64,000 nucleotides of DNA from Cyanophyceae cyanobacterium (GTDB taxonomy: Bacteria; Cyanobacteriota; Cyanobacteriia; Cyanobacteriales; Laspinemataceae), in the NCBI GenBank assembly GCA_038321985.1, contig JBBQFN010000007.1:96001-160000 (forward strand), given 5' to 3'. Position 1 is the stretch's first letter. Each line of letters begins with the position of its first letter. The notes under the pieces were generated by a model that saw only the letters and a program-made list of their open reading frames with translations, had not been told where the DNA came from and ran no database searches. A program made the position numbers and the translations under genes. Below are positions 61,766 through 64,000 of this stretch, one piece after another.

Positions 61766-64000
61766 ATGCATCGTCTAGCTGCTACACCGGGGGGTTGGAA
61801 TCCGCAGGAGGAGGGGGTGATTTTAGTCTCCCAGACTCCGGCACCCGTCGCGATTGTGACGGCAGCGGATACGGATATTCAAGCGATCGCAACGGCAATC
61901 GCCCAACTCCCTCCAGACTTTCCAGACTTGCGGGTGATTAATCTGCTGCAACTGCAACAGCAAGTCAGTATCGATACTTATGCACTAGAGGTCCTCTTTG
62001 AGGCGCAGGTGATTGTATTGAGATTGCTGGGAGGGCGTGCTTATTGGTCCTATGGGTTGGAAGTCGTTCGAGAAACGGTGCAAAATACAGGTGCTCACCT
62101 GATTGTGATTCCCGGAGATGAGGCGGGTGACCCTGATTTAATGGGTCATTCTTCGGTGCCACTCTCCGTAGTTAACCAAGTCTGGCAATATTTTACCGAG
62201 GGCGGTGTCGATAATCTAGTTAACGCCCTCCAATTTGTGGCCCAGGTTTGCTTAAAAAGGGAGTACAATCCGGGTCCACCCATACGAATTCCTCGGGTTG
62301 GACTTTATCCTTGGAAATCGGCCCGGGTTGGACTTCCAAATGAAACGTTAAACTCAGAAGAATCAAGGCTCAATCCCACTCTATCGGCTAATCCTAAATC
62401 TTCCCTGAATTCTTCTCAATTTTTAAGCCCATTTCCCAAAGTTGGAATTCTCTTTTATCGCGCTCATTACCTGGCTGCAAATACTGCCCCGATTGATGCA
62501 CTTTGTCAAGAGTTGAGCGATCGCCACTTAGACCCGGTGCCGCTATTTGTCTCTTCTTTACGCGATAAAGATGTCCAAGCAGAACTCTTGGCTTATCTGC
62601 AACCCCCTACGACTGAAACCGTGCAGATAATATTAAATACCACAGGCTTTGCGATCGGTCAAGGGGTGCAGACTTTACCCTCAACTCAGCATCCTCCTAC
62701 CTCGGATTTAGAATTCTGGGAAACCCTGGATGTGCCAGTCTTGCAGGTGATTTTCAGTGGCGGCACTCAGCAACAGTGGGAAGGGGGATTTCAGGGACTC
62801 TCCCCCCGAGATATGGCGATGAATGTTGCGCTTCCGGAAGTTGATGGACGCATTATTACTCGGGTAGTGTCATTTAAAGCGGTACAAGAAAATAATGTGA
62901 AACTGGAAACTCCTATCGTGGTTTACGAACCTGTGGGCGATCGCATTAATTTCGTTACGGATCTCGCTGCCAACTGGATAAAACTTCGTCAAACTCCCCC
63001 GAATCAGCGCAAAATTGCCTTAATTCTTGCTAATTATCCCACCCGAGATGGACGTCTCGCTAATGGGGTGGGTCTCGATACCCCAGAAAGTTGTATTGAA
63101 ATCCTTAATGCCCTCCAAAATGCTGGGTATTGCGTAGAGGATATTCCAGCAACTGGGGACGAATTGATTCGCCGACTTACTGCCGGAATAACCAATGACC
63201 CGGAAGGGGAAGGGTGGCGCAAAATTTACCAAGAGTTACCGGGTAAAGACTATCAAGAATATTTTGAAACCCTGCCTGAACCTGTCCGCCAAGGAATCGA
63301 AAATCGCTGGGGACAAAACCCAGAGAATCGCTATTCTGTTGAGACTAAAACTTTTCCTATTCCCGGAATTCAATTGGGCCATATTTTTATAGGAATTCAA
63401 CCGGCGCGGGGCTATGATCAAGACCCTAGTTTGAACTATCATGCCCCAGATCTAGAACCGACTCATGAGTATTTGGCCTATTATTATTGGATTCGAGAAG
63501 GCTTTGGCGCACAGGCGATTATTCATGTGGGTAAACATGGCAATTTAGAATGGTTACCGGGAAAAAGTATCGCCCTATCGGAAAATTGTTATCCCGAAGT
63601 TGCCCTGGGACCGATGCCGCATTTTTATCCGTTTATCGTCAATGACCCCGGAGAAGGGTCTCAGGCAAAACGGCGATCGCAAGCGGTTATTATCGACCAT
63701 TTAACCCCGCCGATGACACGGGCCGAGTTATACGGTCCCCTACATAAACTGGAAGGATTAATTGATGAATATTATGAAGCCCAAAGTTTAGATCCAGTTC
63801 GTTTAAAACCGATTCGTAATCGCTTAGTTCAACTGGTAAAAGACCAACATTTAAACCAAAATCTGGTATGGACTAATCCATCAAATTCTGCCAATTCGGA
63901 CCTAGAATTTACAGCGTTAATCGCTAATTTAGATGGATATTTATGTGAATTAAAAGAAGCCCAAATTAGAGACGGGCTGCATATTTTTGGGAAATGTCCC
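61766..64000 (+). CDS. cobN: Cobaltochelatase subunit CobN; 3' end runs off the window
   Basis: Absent from the ORF track; ATG 61766 with AGGAG RBS gives MHRLAATPGGW..., ALPEVDGRI, ANYPTRDGRLANGVGLDTP, HVGKHGNLEWLPGK, NDPGEGSQAKRR, QIRDGLH. Confidence 0.95.
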   Translation, partial: MHRLAATPGGWNPQEEGVILVSQTPAPVAIVTAADTDIQAIATAIAQLPPDFPDLRVINLLQLQQQVSIDTYALEVLFEAQVIVLRLLGGRAYWSYGLEVVRETVQNTGAHLIVIPGDEAGDPDLMGHSSVPLSVVNQVWQYFTEGGVDNLVNALQFVAQVCLKREYNPGPPIRIPRVGLYPWKSARVGLPNETLNSEESRLNPTLSANPKSSLNSSQFLSPFPKVGILFYRAHYLAANTAPIDALCQELSDRHLDPVPLFVSSLRDKDVQAELLAYLQPPTTETVQIILNTTGFAIGQGVQTLPSTQHPPTSDLEFWETLDVPVLQVIFSGGTQQQWEGGFQGLSPRDMAMNVALPEVDGRIITRVVSFKAVQENNVKLETPIVVYEPVGDRINFVTDLAANWIKLRQTPPNQRKIALILANYPTRDGRLANGVGLDTPESCIEILNALQNAGYCVEDIPATGDELIRRLTAGITNDPEGEGWRKIYQELPGKDYQEYFETLPEPVRQGIENRWGQNPENRYSVETKTFPIPGIQLGHIFIGIQPARGYDQDPSLNYHAPDLEPTHEYLAYYYWIREGFGAQAIIHVGKHGNLEWLPGKSIALSENCYPEVALGPMPHFYPFIVNDPGEGSQAKRRSQAVIIDHLTPPMTRAELYGPLHKLEGLIDEYYEAQSLDPVRLKPIRNRLVQLVKDQHLNQNLVWTNPSNSANSDLEFTALIANLDGYLCELKEAQIRDGLHIFGKCP

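Larger units (their letters stand above)
1..64000. repeat. HIP1 octamer GCGATCGC dispersed throughout the window
   Basis: Many tens of copies by eye (e.g. 154-161, 2281-2288), often read as Ala-Ile-Ala in ORFs; not counted exactly. Confidence 0.95.

Noticed and set aside
27309..64000. cbiD, cobN and the metal pump as a cobalt/B12 island
   Set aside because: Cobalamin genes are normally scattered in cyanobacteria, and these are over 30 kb apart.

Overview
Chromosomal window from a filamentous cyanobacterium (probably Oscillatoriales; inferred from the dense HIP1 GCGATCGC octamers, psbA, ebsA, pex, cikA, mgdA and the repeat families). Most of it is core cyanobacterial genes: a partial cysteine desulfurase, two hybrid histidine kinases, psbA (E130 high-light form with an HLR1 promoter), rbp, cbiD, yajQ, a carotenoid oxygenase, ebsA, mgdA, dnaX, pex, mltG-yqeG-proB, a nagZ-like GH3, rbfA, a Dam-like methylase, nanE, cikA and a partial cobN. 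The clearest accessory system is a metal (probably copper) homeostasis locus at about 15.2-24.1 kb. It holds a cytosolic Cys-rich Csp3-like storage protein, an RppA/B (CopR/S-NrsR/S-like) two-component pair, two TTTCAT-N5-TTTCAT operator boxes, an RND pump, a His-containing lipoprotein and an unusual 712-aa adaptor whose alpha-hairpin is symmetrically triplicated. A second candidate is a ribbon-helix-helix protein with a long basic disordered linker, preceded by a 15-bp direct-repeat pair and a 2.1-kb intergenic region. Also seen: a probable MAPEG gene relic, conserved cold-responsive boxes in the rbp 5' UTR, and several small palindromic repeat elements. I recognised no rRNA, tRNA, CRISPR array or transposase. 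All calls come from reading the sequence and recalling family motifs; no database searches were run.
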